A stretch of DNA of 64,000 nt from Camelus dromedarius. Its lineage: Eukaryota. The position numbers were made by a program, and so were the translations under genes. Position 1 is the stretch's first letter. Each line of letters begins with the position of its first letter. The stretch spans positions 79,238,001 to 79,302,000 of the forward strand of contig NC_087436.1 in the NCBI RefSeq assembly GCF_036321535.1. The letters are read 5' to 3'. The notes below the pieces were generated by a model. That model was not told the origin of the DNA. It ran no database searches and worked only from the letters and a program-made list of their open reading frames with translations. Below, piece by piece: positions 38,500-50,206 of this stretch.

Positions 38500-39490
38500 G
38501 ATTCTTCGAACAACTATTTATTGAGTGCTTACTCTGTGTTAGGTACTCTTCTAGGCATTGGAGATAAGTATTGATCAAAACAGGAAATATCTGTGCCCTC
38601 ATGGAACTTAGATTCTAGACAGAGAGGACAGACAATAAAGGAAATAAATAAAACAAATCATATCATATGTTTTGCTATGGAAAAAACTAAAGCAGAAAGA
38701 GGGAAGGAAGTCTGTTTTTGGTGAGTGTGCAGTTTGAGAAATGAGATGGCGTTATTTGGGTCAAGACTGAAGGAGGTGAGGGAGCATCCCAGGAACTACA
38801 AGGAGGCTTGTGGAGCTGGAGCAGTGAAGCAGGGGAGAGAGCGGTGGGAGAGTCAGGAGGTAACAGGCAACTGCGTCACGCGGGACCTGATGGCCATGCT
38901 TAGGACACTAGCTTTACAGTGAGAGAACTTGGGAGCTCCTGTGAGATTCTGAGGAGAGGCATGGCAGGTGCTGGCTTGTGTTTAAACAGGATTACCCAGG
39001 TTCTTGTGGTGAGAACAGAGTGAGAGGGGACAAAGGAAAAGGAAGGAGACCAGTTAGGAAGTACTAATCCAGGGAGAGAGTTTGGTGACTTGGACCAGGG
39101 TGGTAGGAGTGGAGCTAAGAAAAGGTGGGATTCTGCATGCATTTTGAAGGTAGAGCCAAGAGGCTCTTCTGATGCCTTGGATGTGGAAAGTGAGAGAAAG
39201 AGGAGTCATGTACAGTCCCAGGAGTTTGGTCGAGCAATAGAAGAGTGGATGCCATTACTGAGATGGTACAGAGGGAGGGAGGAGAAGGTTTGAGGGGGAA
39301 GATGGGGAGCTCAGTTTTGAACATGTTGAGGTGGAGGTCCGTATTTGGCATTCAAGGGGAAATATCAGGCAGGCAGTTCAGTATTCAATTCTGCCCAGTT
39401 CAAGTTTAAAGGGGAAGCTTAGGTTGCAGGTACACATTTGGAAGAAATCAATGTACAGATGATATTCAAAGTCACCACCCTGGACAAGAT
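38500..39490. mobile_element. L2 fragment
   Basis: atttattgagtgcttactctgtg...gagctcagttttgaacatgttgag L2 signatures. Confidence 0.7.
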
Positions 39491-42400
39491 CATTTTCTCA
39501 TGCAATCTTTATACCACCACCATGAGGTAGATATTATTTTAATCCCCATTTTAAATATAAAGTAATTGAAGCTGGAAAGGTTTAGTTGGCTCCTAGTCAG
39601 ACAGTTGGCAACTATATGGACTTAAATATTCATTCTTACCTCAATTCTCATTTGGCAGTAACTTCTTCTGATTATAGGTAAATTATTTCTCTAGGTTTTA
39701 GTTTCCTTCCATGCAAAATTAAGGGATAAATGGTTTTCAAACAGGGTAGTGTGAGAATTGCAAGGCTCCCCAGAAGTTGAGCAGGAACACCACTGAATAA
39801 GAAAGGGAGGCTCAGAAGGGAGGATTCAGGCACCTTCACAGGTCAAAGGGCCATGTCTCCGTTTTACCTTGTAATTTATATTTTGGGGCTTTATGTAAGA
39901 TTTTATTTAAAAAATGTATTTGTTTTGTTTTTAACAAAGTTAGAGAGATTCATGGACTAGATGATCTCTATCAACAGTTCCATTTATTCACCCAACAAGC
40001 AATTAGTGCGGGCTCGTGCTGCTCTGAGCACTGCTCTTAAGATTCTAGCTCAATGTCGAGAAGGGAAGGAAAGCTAGGAAGTTTTTTCCCATTTTCTGAT
40101 TAAAGGGTCAATAGATGAGTAACTGAATACCTATGCACATATTGGTCTGTTTATCTGTCTGTCCATCCATCCATCCATTCATCATCTAGCTCTACTTACT
40201 CATCAAAGAGCATCCAAAGATAATATTGTTGGTAGCATGGACTTTAAAGTGCTAATATACTGACTTATTTCAATGTTTTCTTTTTCTTTTTCCATAGCTG
40301 CTAACCTTTCAAAGCAGGGGGGCAGAGGGAGAAAGGAACTAACATTCTCTGAGCTTCTATCATGAACCAGGAAATTTATCAGTTTTGCCTCACAACAACC
40401 AAGTGAAGTTAAATTTCATTTCCTATGTTTAGCAGGTAAGGAAACTAAAGCTCTGAGTTTATGTAATTTTAATAGGTCAAATCTTTTAAATATGGATAAT
40501 TTCATAGTGTGTTGCCATATATCAGAAATACATTAGCCACTAATGTAATCTAAATTTTTCTAATAGCTATGTTAAAAAAGTAAAAAGAAACAGATAAAAT
40601 TAATTTTAATATACTGTATTTGATTCAATACATGAAAATGATTTCAGCTTGAGATCAAGAAACAAATTACTAATAAGATTTTTTCAAACTAGATCTTTGG
40701 AATCTGGTGTGTATTATATGCTTATAGGACATCCCAATTCAGATGAGCCACATTTCAAGTGCTTAATTGTCTCACGTGGTTACTGCATCGAACAGCACAG
40801 CTCTATATAGCAGATTGTACATTTTCTGACCATAGAAAATATCTATATAATCCATCTCTGAATCTGCAGCAACTAGCCTGTGCCTGAGACATGGGAGATG
40901 GTCAATAAATGTTTGACAGTTGGCTGAGCAGTACACATTAGAGAACTGCAAATATGTGAAACATGTTACCTTCTCCATGGAAGAGATAGGTCTGTTTAAA
41001 GCATGAAACAGAAAATCCCATAACTATTAACAAAATAATGACCTTGTAAAATGAGCACACAGTCTAAGTATCTCAAATACCAGGTTTTGGTAATATGAGC
41101 CGCAAGGTGGCCTGTATTATTAACAGCAATAACCAAGTGGGCAAGACATGCAGGCAATTTACAAAGAGGGAATACAAATGTCTTATAACATTTTGAAAAA
41201 CATTCAACTACACTTGTTCACAGAAATGTTAAGAGGAACAATGTATTATTCTTGCCTATGTAATTGGCAAGGATGAAAAAATTATGCCTCAGTGTTGGCT
41301 AGTCTGAGGAAAGAGGCCCTCATGGACTGCAGGTAAAAATATAGGCCTTTCTAGAAATAATTTGAGAAAATGTGTCCAAAACTTTAAAAATGTGCGTACC
41401 ACCATGTCCAGCCCTCTACCCCACCTATAATCCCTGGATACATGCACAGAGAGATATACTGTTTTGAGGAATTTATCCTACGGGAAAAATCAGAGATGTG
41501 CCCAAAGATAGGAACCTATTCATAGCACTGGTGTTTGTGAGGGAGGGAAAAAGGTAGAAACTGTATGTATTCAATAATAAAATTAAATAATAGTAAAAAA
41601 TGATAAAAACCTATGCAACCAATAAACACTCCTATTTTGAAGGAAGATTTAATGACATGGGAAAATATTAAGTGAGAGAGAGAGATTTTTGAAGAAATAC
41701 AGTGTGGCTCCAATTTTATCAAAAATATGCTTATATGACTATTAAAAGTCTAGAAGCCTATCAGTCTGCTCACAGCACGTATCTGTAAATGACTATGTTA
41801 AAAATGCATTTTATTTTTCCCTCTGTGCTTTTCTATATTCCTATACTTCCCACAAGGACATATGCTACTTTTACACTAGAAAAAGAATGTAGTAAATATT
41901 ATTTTAAAAAGACAGAAGCAAGCTACGGTCAAATTTTAATTTCATGCTCCTTATCAGTTATTCCTGAGGACAAGCAAGGTGGCGCTGCTCTTCCCAGCCA
42001 TCTATCTCATAATAAGCAAGAGGTGGCAGTCACTGCCCAACATCACGAGGCCTCTGGACATCACTGGTTGAGAAACTACGCTGGCTGCACAGTGACGTGG
42101 GGATATGCCTGCTTTACACTGCAGCCAAAGGGATGTCTCCACTTTGGGGCTCTGTTAGGGTTTCCTTCCTTTCTTGGAACTGTAATTCTTTTTCAGATTA
42201 TTGCTTAAAGGAAGACATGCAAGTCTGAGGCTGCAGTTACAGTCCTTTTAGAACTCAATCCTATGCTTTATTTTGGAAAGAATTTATTAAAATAATAACC
42301 TGTGTTTTTGTAGGGGCTACATATAGGTTATCTTAATGTTTACTTTTTAAATGCAAATATTTAAAAGTGAAAATAATATGGAAAGAGCTAAAGGTTACAT

Positions 42401-43010
42401 TCATAGATTAGCTTAAAACATGACACTTAGGACCAGTGCCTGTCTAATGTTATTGTAAAGCAACATTATATTAACCTATTACCCATGACAAATCTGTTTT
42501 TGTTTCTTTAGTCTTCATTATATATATATATTTTTTTACATAGTTTTAATAAGGTGTACATGAAAATCTGTTTTTATTATAGTGCCTCACATAGTGAATT
42601 TTAAAATATGCTGTTGAATACCATTAATAATTTTTAATGGTGGCACCTAACCCTGGGTCTGGCAAGTACTCAAATGTTAGCTCACTGATGTACGATACAT
42701 TACAAATATTTATTGAATGCCTACATTGTGCTGTATTGGGGCTATTTTAGTGAATAAGACAAAGCCCCAGTTATCACAGAATCTGCATTCTAGAGGATAA
42801 AAAGAGATGATTTTTAAATCCATGAGAAGGGTACTGTTATCGGCTCCATTTGAGAAACTGAACCACAGGGAGCTCAGTACCTGGCAGGTGGTAAAGGAGA
42901 GATTCAAATCCAGGTGCGCTGTCACCCAGACTCACATTCTTAGCCATTGTGCCACTGGAACCAACCAAGAGCTCTGGCAGTTCAGAGGATAGGTCAACCT
43001 TGAATAGTTG

Positions 43011-43490
43011 TTGTATTAGTTTACTTGTTGATGACATAACAAATTACCACAAATTGAGTGGTTTAAACAACACAAATTTATGATCTGATAATTCTCAAAG
43101 TCCCAAGTCCAGACTCAGTCTCACTGGGCTAAAGTCAAGATGTCAGCAGGGCTGGTTCCCTCCACAGGCTCTGAGGGGATTATCTGTGTCCTTGCGTTTT
43201 CAGCTTCTGTGGGCCACCTGCATTCCTTGGCTTGTGAGCCCTTCCTTGCCCCACCCTAACCTCTTGTTTCCATCTGCACATCTACTACTCACTTTGACCT
43301 TCTTGTCTCCCTCTTGTAAAGACGCTCGTGATTACACTGCACCCACCTGGATAAACCAGGATAATCTCCCTATCTCAGGATCTTTCTCTATCACATCTGC
43401 AAAGCTCCTTTACCACATAAGGTAATGTATCTGCTGGCTCTGGCATTAGGACATGGATATCTCTGGAGGGTTGTAGTCAGCCTACCACTG
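43011..43490 (-). mobile_element. MLT1 (MLT1D-like) solo LTR
   Basis: tgtattagttt...ataacaaattaccacaaa...gggctaaagtcaag...agcctaccac. Confidence 0.75.
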
Positions 43491-43616
43491 CTATGGACAT
43501 TAGAAGGGCTAAAACTTGTGCTTTGAGACAAAAAGGCAGGCTTGGAGGGGAAAGAGAGCTCTCCAGTGAACCGCTTTTGTAGAGTGTCTTTTCTGTGCAG
43601 TTCAGGACTAGAGCTT

Positions 43617-43975
43617 TGTGTTAAGTTTGCTTGAGCTGCCACAACAAATCCCACAAACTGAATGGTTAAAAAACATTCACTTTCTCACAGTTCTGGAGGC
43701 CAGAAGTCTGAGATCAAGGTGCTGGAGGGCTCGGTTTCTTCTGAGGCCTCTCTCCTTGGCTTGTAGATGGCCGTCTTCCCCCTGTGCCTCCAGTCATGTG
43801 TGTAAGAATCTCTCTGTGCGTCCAGATTTCTTACAAGGACACTAGTCATAAGGTTTAGGGTCCACCCTAATGGCCTCACTTTAACTTAATTACCTCTTTA
43901 AAGACCTTATCACCAAACACGGCTACATTCTGAATCACTTCACTGTATGAATTTCGGGGCAATACAACAGGCTTT
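43617..43975 (-). mobile_element. MLT1 (MLT1B/C-like) solo LTR
   Basis: ttctcacagttctggaggccagaagtctgagatcaaggtg...aattacctctttaaagacc. Confidence 0.75.
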
Positions 43976-46681
43976 AACATATGCCAACTCTGTTTAATGC
44001 TCACAACTCAGGTCTGGCAGATGAGAATGTGGTGGCTGAGGGAGGTCCATCACTTGTCTGAGGTCTCCTGGCTGGCAAGTGTTAGAGGGAGATTCACACA
44101 CAGGCCTGTTTGCTCCAAAGGCCAGGCCCTCAATATCCTACGGCTGCCAGGACAGCTGTGATGGCAGAAGGCCTGTTGACAGTGGAGAGACCAGCCTGAG
44201 GGCAAGCATGTATGCTGATTTGGGGGAAATGGTAGGGCTTAACTGAAGGTATAATCTGGAATCTGGAAGAGGCATAAAGCAATTCAGAGAAAAGGTTCAG
44301 AAGCAGGAGAGGTAGCACCTGTGACACAAATTTCAGCCTCTGTAAGCCAGATTTCCTGTAGCTCCCACCTCACTTCCACCCCGACCATAAACCTGTACTA
44401 GGTTAAGTGTTCAGTTTACAAAGTTCTTTCACATGCTTTCTCTTTAGAACCTTACAGTGACTCTACAGTAGAAAACTAGGGCAAGGGCCCTCCCCATTGA
44501 ATGGATTCCCAAAGGCAAGACTAGTAATTTCACTTAAGTTACAGTACCCATCATGGCTACGCAGAAGATAAACAACCCTGACACCAGGTAGGTAATGGCT
44601 ATACTTACTTCCAGCCCTGAATGGTTTAAAGTCCATGATTTTAGAGGCAAATGATCTATTTCATTTCTCCCCCCATTTCCCTCTTACCCATTTAAATTAT
44701 TTTTTCAGCCTTTCTACCTAGGAGGAGAAATGAAAAGGAACTAAAATAATTCAATTAAGTTTTAAGTTGCTTTTTGAGAGCAAGATAATCTTGAATTTTT
44801 ATATTCTTCTTTATTATTATATTTATATTTATTTATATATATATTACTTATAGTCTCCATTTATCACAAATGGCTGCAGGAGCTTCACAGATTGATTCTG
44901 AGATTTGTTCCACATTAACTTTCATCAACTAATTTAAGAAAATGAAATATATTTGAAAAACACTGCACTTACCCTCTTCTAACTGGAACCAGTGCTTGGA
45001 ATAATTATTTTAAACATTTTAAAATACAGGGTGATGTGCAAATTATGTAGCCAGTCCTGAATAATTATGTAGCTTTTGGCAAATTGTGGAGCCAGCCCTC
45101 AACAGAATCACTGCCTTTTAGACACTGGAGCTTTTTCCCAAGTGGAGAAGCGATTCTGCCTTAAGGTTTCCTCCAGGGTAAAACAAAGGGGCTGCCACAC
45201 CAGGCCTCTTTGTGCTGACCAGATTCCTTTTGGCTCTGCATCTCTGCCACTTATCCTGGGCCAACATTCTTCTAGAGCTCACACCTGGAAAAAGGCATTC
45301 AGAGATCAACATTTTTCTGCTGTGAGAAATGGTGTATTTTTAAAGGCATTAACTCTTTTCCAAGCTCAATTTTTCTCCTGGTTCTCACTTCACTCATTGT
45401 TGAAGAATATCCTCCTGTTTAAACACTCTATTTTATTATTACTGTATTTTCTAGGAAAATTATGTAAATTATGCTAAATTTCCAAGCAGGAGGGGATAGG
45501 ATGATATTTGTAAGAAAACAGAAATCAACAAAGATTTAAATTTTATCTGTCCTGGTATAGTGTCAGAATTAGATGAAATAGTAATGAATCATATTTCCCT
45601 AAAAATAGGGTATAATATTTCTATTTCTTCTCCCCTTCAACTCATTGTGATAGCAGAGTACAATTACAGCTGCTACCACTGTCCTAAGTCCCAGCGGTTT
45701 GGTATCTTTTGAATGAAGAGTTAAATACACTTTCCTAAGCTGATTTATCAGCGCCTGGAGTATGTAAGTGCTACGTCAGTTGCATTGTCACCGTCACTAT
45801 CATTATCATCATCGCTAAGCAATTTAGTGATCACTGCTGCCCACAACTTGCATACACAGATGACTGCCTCCCCTACACCCCACTGTCATGATGGCCACTT
45901 AAATCAAGCAGAATATATTTTAGGTGGTTAACAGTGGTAAGTTCTGAAGAGAAAACACCAATAATACAGGAAGTGTAGGTAGTATTTGTGTATGAAATTT
46001 TAGAAACAATGGCTAAGAAAAGCCTCTTTGAGAAGGTGACATTTAGGAAAAGACCTGCAGTGAAGAACTAAGCCATAATTCAAGGACAGCATAAAGGCAA
46101 CCGCACTTGGAAAGGCTCTGGGGTAGGGGTCTGTCCAGCCTGCTGAGCTGGACCATCGAGCGGCAGTGGGGCGGCCGCCAGGGCTGGAGAGGGCCATGAG
46201 AAGAGCAATTACAGCAAGTCCAGATCGTGCAGGGCGCAGCAGGTGACAAGACTTTAGTCTCTACTGAGTGACCTGGGAAGATCCTGGAGGGCTCTGAGCA
46301 GAGGAATGACCTCTATAAGGAGAGAGGTCTTATGAAATACTGAGAATATTCTGAAGGGGGCAAGGGAAGAAAGTTAGTATACCTAACCAACATGCTGCCG
46401 CCCTATAAATTACAACCAGATGAGATAAAAGAAATAAACAAACAAATTAAAACAGTCCCTGGTGACTGCCTGCTCATCGAGTCACTATGGCTGCACACAG
46501 AGGCCTCTCAAATCAATGTCAGGGCTGGGAATGACGGCAGTACGTCTGGGGATAGTAGGTAAAAATCCTCATTTATTTATTTAAATTCTCCTGAAATATA
46601 AAATACAGAATGGTTTTCTGAATTACAGCTTTTGGCAGTAAGTAAAAGTCACAACAAAGAACAATAAACCCCAACCTTCTT

Positions 46682-46687
46682 TTTATT
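46682..46687 (-). terminator. Likely COQ2 polyadenylation signal (AATAAA)
   Basis: AATAAA about 365 nt after the stop, followed on the gene strand by a GU/U-rich stretch (tttattgttctttgttgtg). A second AATAAA lies at 46572-46577. Confidence 0.65.
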
Positions 46688-47052
46688 TTCCCCTAAAAAG
46701 AGTCTATTTTCCTACAGAGACATTCATTTAGATGAGACATGCACCAGGTTTTTTATAAAGTGCCAAAACTCATATAATTCCCAAAACTGCAGATGAGAAT
46801 TATGATGAGAAGAATGCATTAACTTAAGTACTCCAGGTCATCTCAAGTCCTAAAGAGTCCCCAGTTTCTGTGACAGGGGAAGAATGTGACTAGTACAAAC
46901 CTAAAATCTAGGCAAGTATGCTCCAAGTCTTCACTTTCTAGTTTGTAATTCTTTAACGTAAGACTGCTCATTCAAATCTAATTATGTGATAACAGGACCT
47001 GAGAGTGTTTTGTAAAACTCTGCTTCAAAAGTCCCTGGATAAACTTAATTTG

Positions 47053-47217
47053 CTAATTTTCTATTCTATTATCTATATTTTTCTTTGTTTCATCTGTCTC
47101 GTTTTCTTTCCACAAATTCCCAAGGACAATCCCTAAAAAGAGCATTAGTCCTATTGTTCGGTTCGAGGTGAATTTTTCCCAACAATCCTCAGGTCGGTGG
47201 ATGTCCAGAGTGTAAAT
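47053..47217 (-). CDS. COQ2: COQ2 exon 7, coding part with stop
   Basis: cccttatag|ATT TAC...GAA AAT TAG; encodes [54 protein letters not shown]. Confidence 0.97.
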   Translation of the reverse strand: MYTLDIHRPEDCWEKFTSNRTIGLMLFLGIVLGNLWKENETDETKKNIDNRIEN

Positions 47218-47435
47218 CTATAAGGGAAGAACATATACTGTGTTAGGACTCAGTGTGGACTTTTTGGCATCACAAATAAACACGTCAATATGAAGAAAAT
47301 AACACTATTACAGAGTTTTAAGCAATGAGAAGCCCTTGATGTACCCCCAGGCTGTTTCCTAATGTAGAAAAAACCCACCATATTTCTCAATGGTTATCAT
47401 CTAAGCTGTGTCACAAGAACTTGCACTTGAGGGCT

Positions 47436-47473
47436 GCACGAACACTGACAGGCAGCACGAACACTGACAGGCA
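47436..47473. repeat. Perfect 19-bp tandem duplication in COQ2 intron 6
   Basis: GCACGAACACTGACAGGCA x2. Confidence 0.9.
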
Positions 47474-47578
47474 GCAAATGCATTTCTAATTCTATTTAGA
47501 AAACTCTCCCTTATACTGACTGATCCAAAATCTGCTTCCTACAACTCTTACCCTCCAGTTCTGCCATTGTCCTTCAGA

Positions 47579-47790
47579 GCAATGCTTCTCAACAGGAGAA
47601 CAAATTACATCTGGGCAGGACAACTCTCTGTTGTGCAGCACTGTCCAGTGCACCAAGAGATGTTTAACATACCTGGCCCTCACCCACCAAATGCCTATAG
47701 TGACCCCTCCCCCCAGGTTACTTATGATACCCGCAAATACCCCCACGGACGTGTGAAAATCTCTCTTCCATCTCCACACAGAGAAACGGA
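47579..47790. mobile_element. MER20-like hAT fragment
   Basis: cttctcaac...ctgtcc.gtgcac...gatgtttaacatacctggccctc.cccac signature. Confidence 0.55.
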
Positions 47791-49085
47791 TCTAAAAACC
47801 TAGATCTGCAGCTAGCAACCCAGAACAAACATACTCCTTTTTCTCCATGGTTGTCCCACAAATATATCGAGAAACTCTTATGTTCCTGTTTCACTCTTCC
47901 CTAGGCTTAAGCATCAGCACCCCTTATTTCCAACTATTGTTTATTATGGGGACTGCATACTTAAAACCATCATGACTTCCTTCTTTTCAAATACTAGAAG
48001 GCTACGTCCGTCTTAAAGCATTGCATCAAGGACTGGACAGAGAGCCACAAATGTAATTTACAATATAAGATGGGTTCCAAATTATTTTCTTATATTTGTG
48101 ATTATCCTCATGATTTTTGCGTTCCTCTGCTAAAATCCAGATGCTTAAATATTGCTAAAGATTCATTATCCTGACCAGACAATCAACTGATGACGACAGC
48201 TCCCACGGAGTTATGACCAAAAAGGGATGCTGAGAAATTCTAATGAGGCAAATGGTGAGATCTGGAGAATCACTAATTCATATCTTTTAACTTTCCTAAT
48301 GAGGAAAACAATGAAAGTGATACAGCATGTGGATTAGTTTATGAACATCAGATTTTAGTTTCATTTATACCATGTTATATAAGACTTGCTTACACTGATA
48401 AGTAACTTGCAATGATCACCTAAATACAGGCTGACTAACATCTTTTCAATTTTATTCAAATAAAATAACAGTAACAGTGATATAAAAATACAGTCCGTTT
48501 ACAAGCAATCTATTTAATTAAAATTCAATTTAGTTCATTCATTTTACAAAAGTCAATAATGTAGATCTGCAATATAACCACGTGGGAGCTGGGGTGCTGG
48601 GTGAATATTCTGACAGTTTCCTACTGTGTAGCCAGAACTCTGACACGTTAGCATTTTATGTCTTATTTGGCCTTGGTCTGTATGCCACTGGGACCCAAAC
48701 ATCTGAATGATTAGTTTGCTAACCGTCAACAGAAGCCCACATTTAAAAAATACAATTGTGTCAGTCAGTTTGCTTTCAGAGTAATTCAACTCAACATGCA
48801 ACCTTAAGACACTGTTCAAATTTTTTTTAGACATGCGTTAGAAATAATTCCAGGAAAATCAGAAGGAAAAAATGCTAGGTTTAGGTTTATATTATTTTCT
48901 AAAATAATACAGCTAACTTTTTAATATGACAAACTGGGGCAGGGAGGAGGTGGTTCAAAGCAGTACAAGCTAGGTAGTTGTTTTAGGAAATAATTTGTTT
49001 GGTAAAGACAGAGGGCATTTTGTTTAAATAATTTTTATAACTTATGCCAAGGAAAAATGAGGGAAAGATAAGAAAAAGATCAAAC

Positions 49086-49274
49086 CTGGTGAACCAGATG
49101 GACTCCTACAGCAGCCAGAGCAGCGTAGTAGGGTGCAGTCTGATTGCTGTTCACTCCCACCAGGCTCAGAGCCCCCAGCATGGCCACACTGAAGCCACTG
49201 AGCCACTGCTTGGTGTCCTCACGAAACCGTAAGGCTGTGGACTTAAGCCCAATCAGAGCATCATCTCTCTTGTC
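49086..49274 (-). CDS. COQ2: COQ2 exon 6 (189 nt)
   Basis: tgtcag|GAC AAG...CAC CAG|gtttga; encodes [63 protein letters not shown]. Confidence 0.98.
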
Positions 49275-50206
49275 CTGACATCAGAAAGTAATAAGAGACT
49301 GGGTTTTACTGAGATTTAATTCACATATCATAAAACTCATCATTTTGAAGCATGTGATTCAGTGGTTTTAGTATATTTACAAGGTTGTGCAACCATTACT
49401 ACTACTTAAATCCAGAAGAAACTATCTTTTAAAAAACATGCAGATATACTGTAAGTTGTGAAAAATGACAGTAACTCAGAAACACAGTTGATCAATAATG
49501 AATGTGCAGGCCAAATCAAAGTTAAATGTTACTGCTAAAATTATCTTCCAGGTCTATTTCTATGTATCATTGTACTTATACCCCTATGACTTTTAACTGT
49601 TCTTTTACTAAATTAGAAGTCAAACTCAACTCTAATTCTTTGTGTAGCTCCTCTTTACTTCAGAGTTCTCAAATCTCAGTAGTTTCCTGTACATTGTAGT
49701 TTCAGTCTTGCTAAAATTCACAGATGGAGAAAAATGCTCACTTGCACTCCTAACCACATCCACTCACATTTCACTTCTAGCTCAATTTATTCCTTTTTCT
49801 CTACCATCAAATTCTTTCTGCTTAAGGAGAGCTAGGTTTGATGATACACTCAGATCTGGCTGGCTAGTCTCCTCTGGCAATTTTATTTGTGAGCATTTCC
49901 ATATACTGCTGTAATCATGGTCACGTGATATCAGAGGCTTCATGCTGAACACTGTACCTAACTACAGGCAGAGAGACAGTTACCTGACAGGCAATCTTCT
50001 GGGGGCCCAAATCCAAATAATAATAGTGAGTGGGGGGTTAGTATATGTTTTTCCTTTCAAACTACAAGCACCTTGAGGATACAAACTGTGTCCTTAATCA
50101 TGTGCATCACAAAAGTGTCAGTGAGAATAGGAGTTTTCAAAAATATTCTGTTGTTGCCATGGAATCGTGAAAGATTTTTTTTTTTTCAGAAAAAGAGTAT
50201 CTTCAA

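Noticed and set aside
43011..43975. Paired LTRs of one mini-provirus
   Set aside because: The two MLT1 copies differ substantially (different subfamilies) and the roughly 125-bp spacer shows no MaLR internal features.
1..46500. PLAC8 or paralog exons expected from human synteny
   Set aside because: No Cys-rich PLAC8 motifs (WQTGxCDC, CCLCG) found on either strand.
48186..48235. C/D box snoRNA (TGATGA...CTGA)
   Set aside because: Too short (about 46 nt), antisense to the host gene and without a terminal stem.
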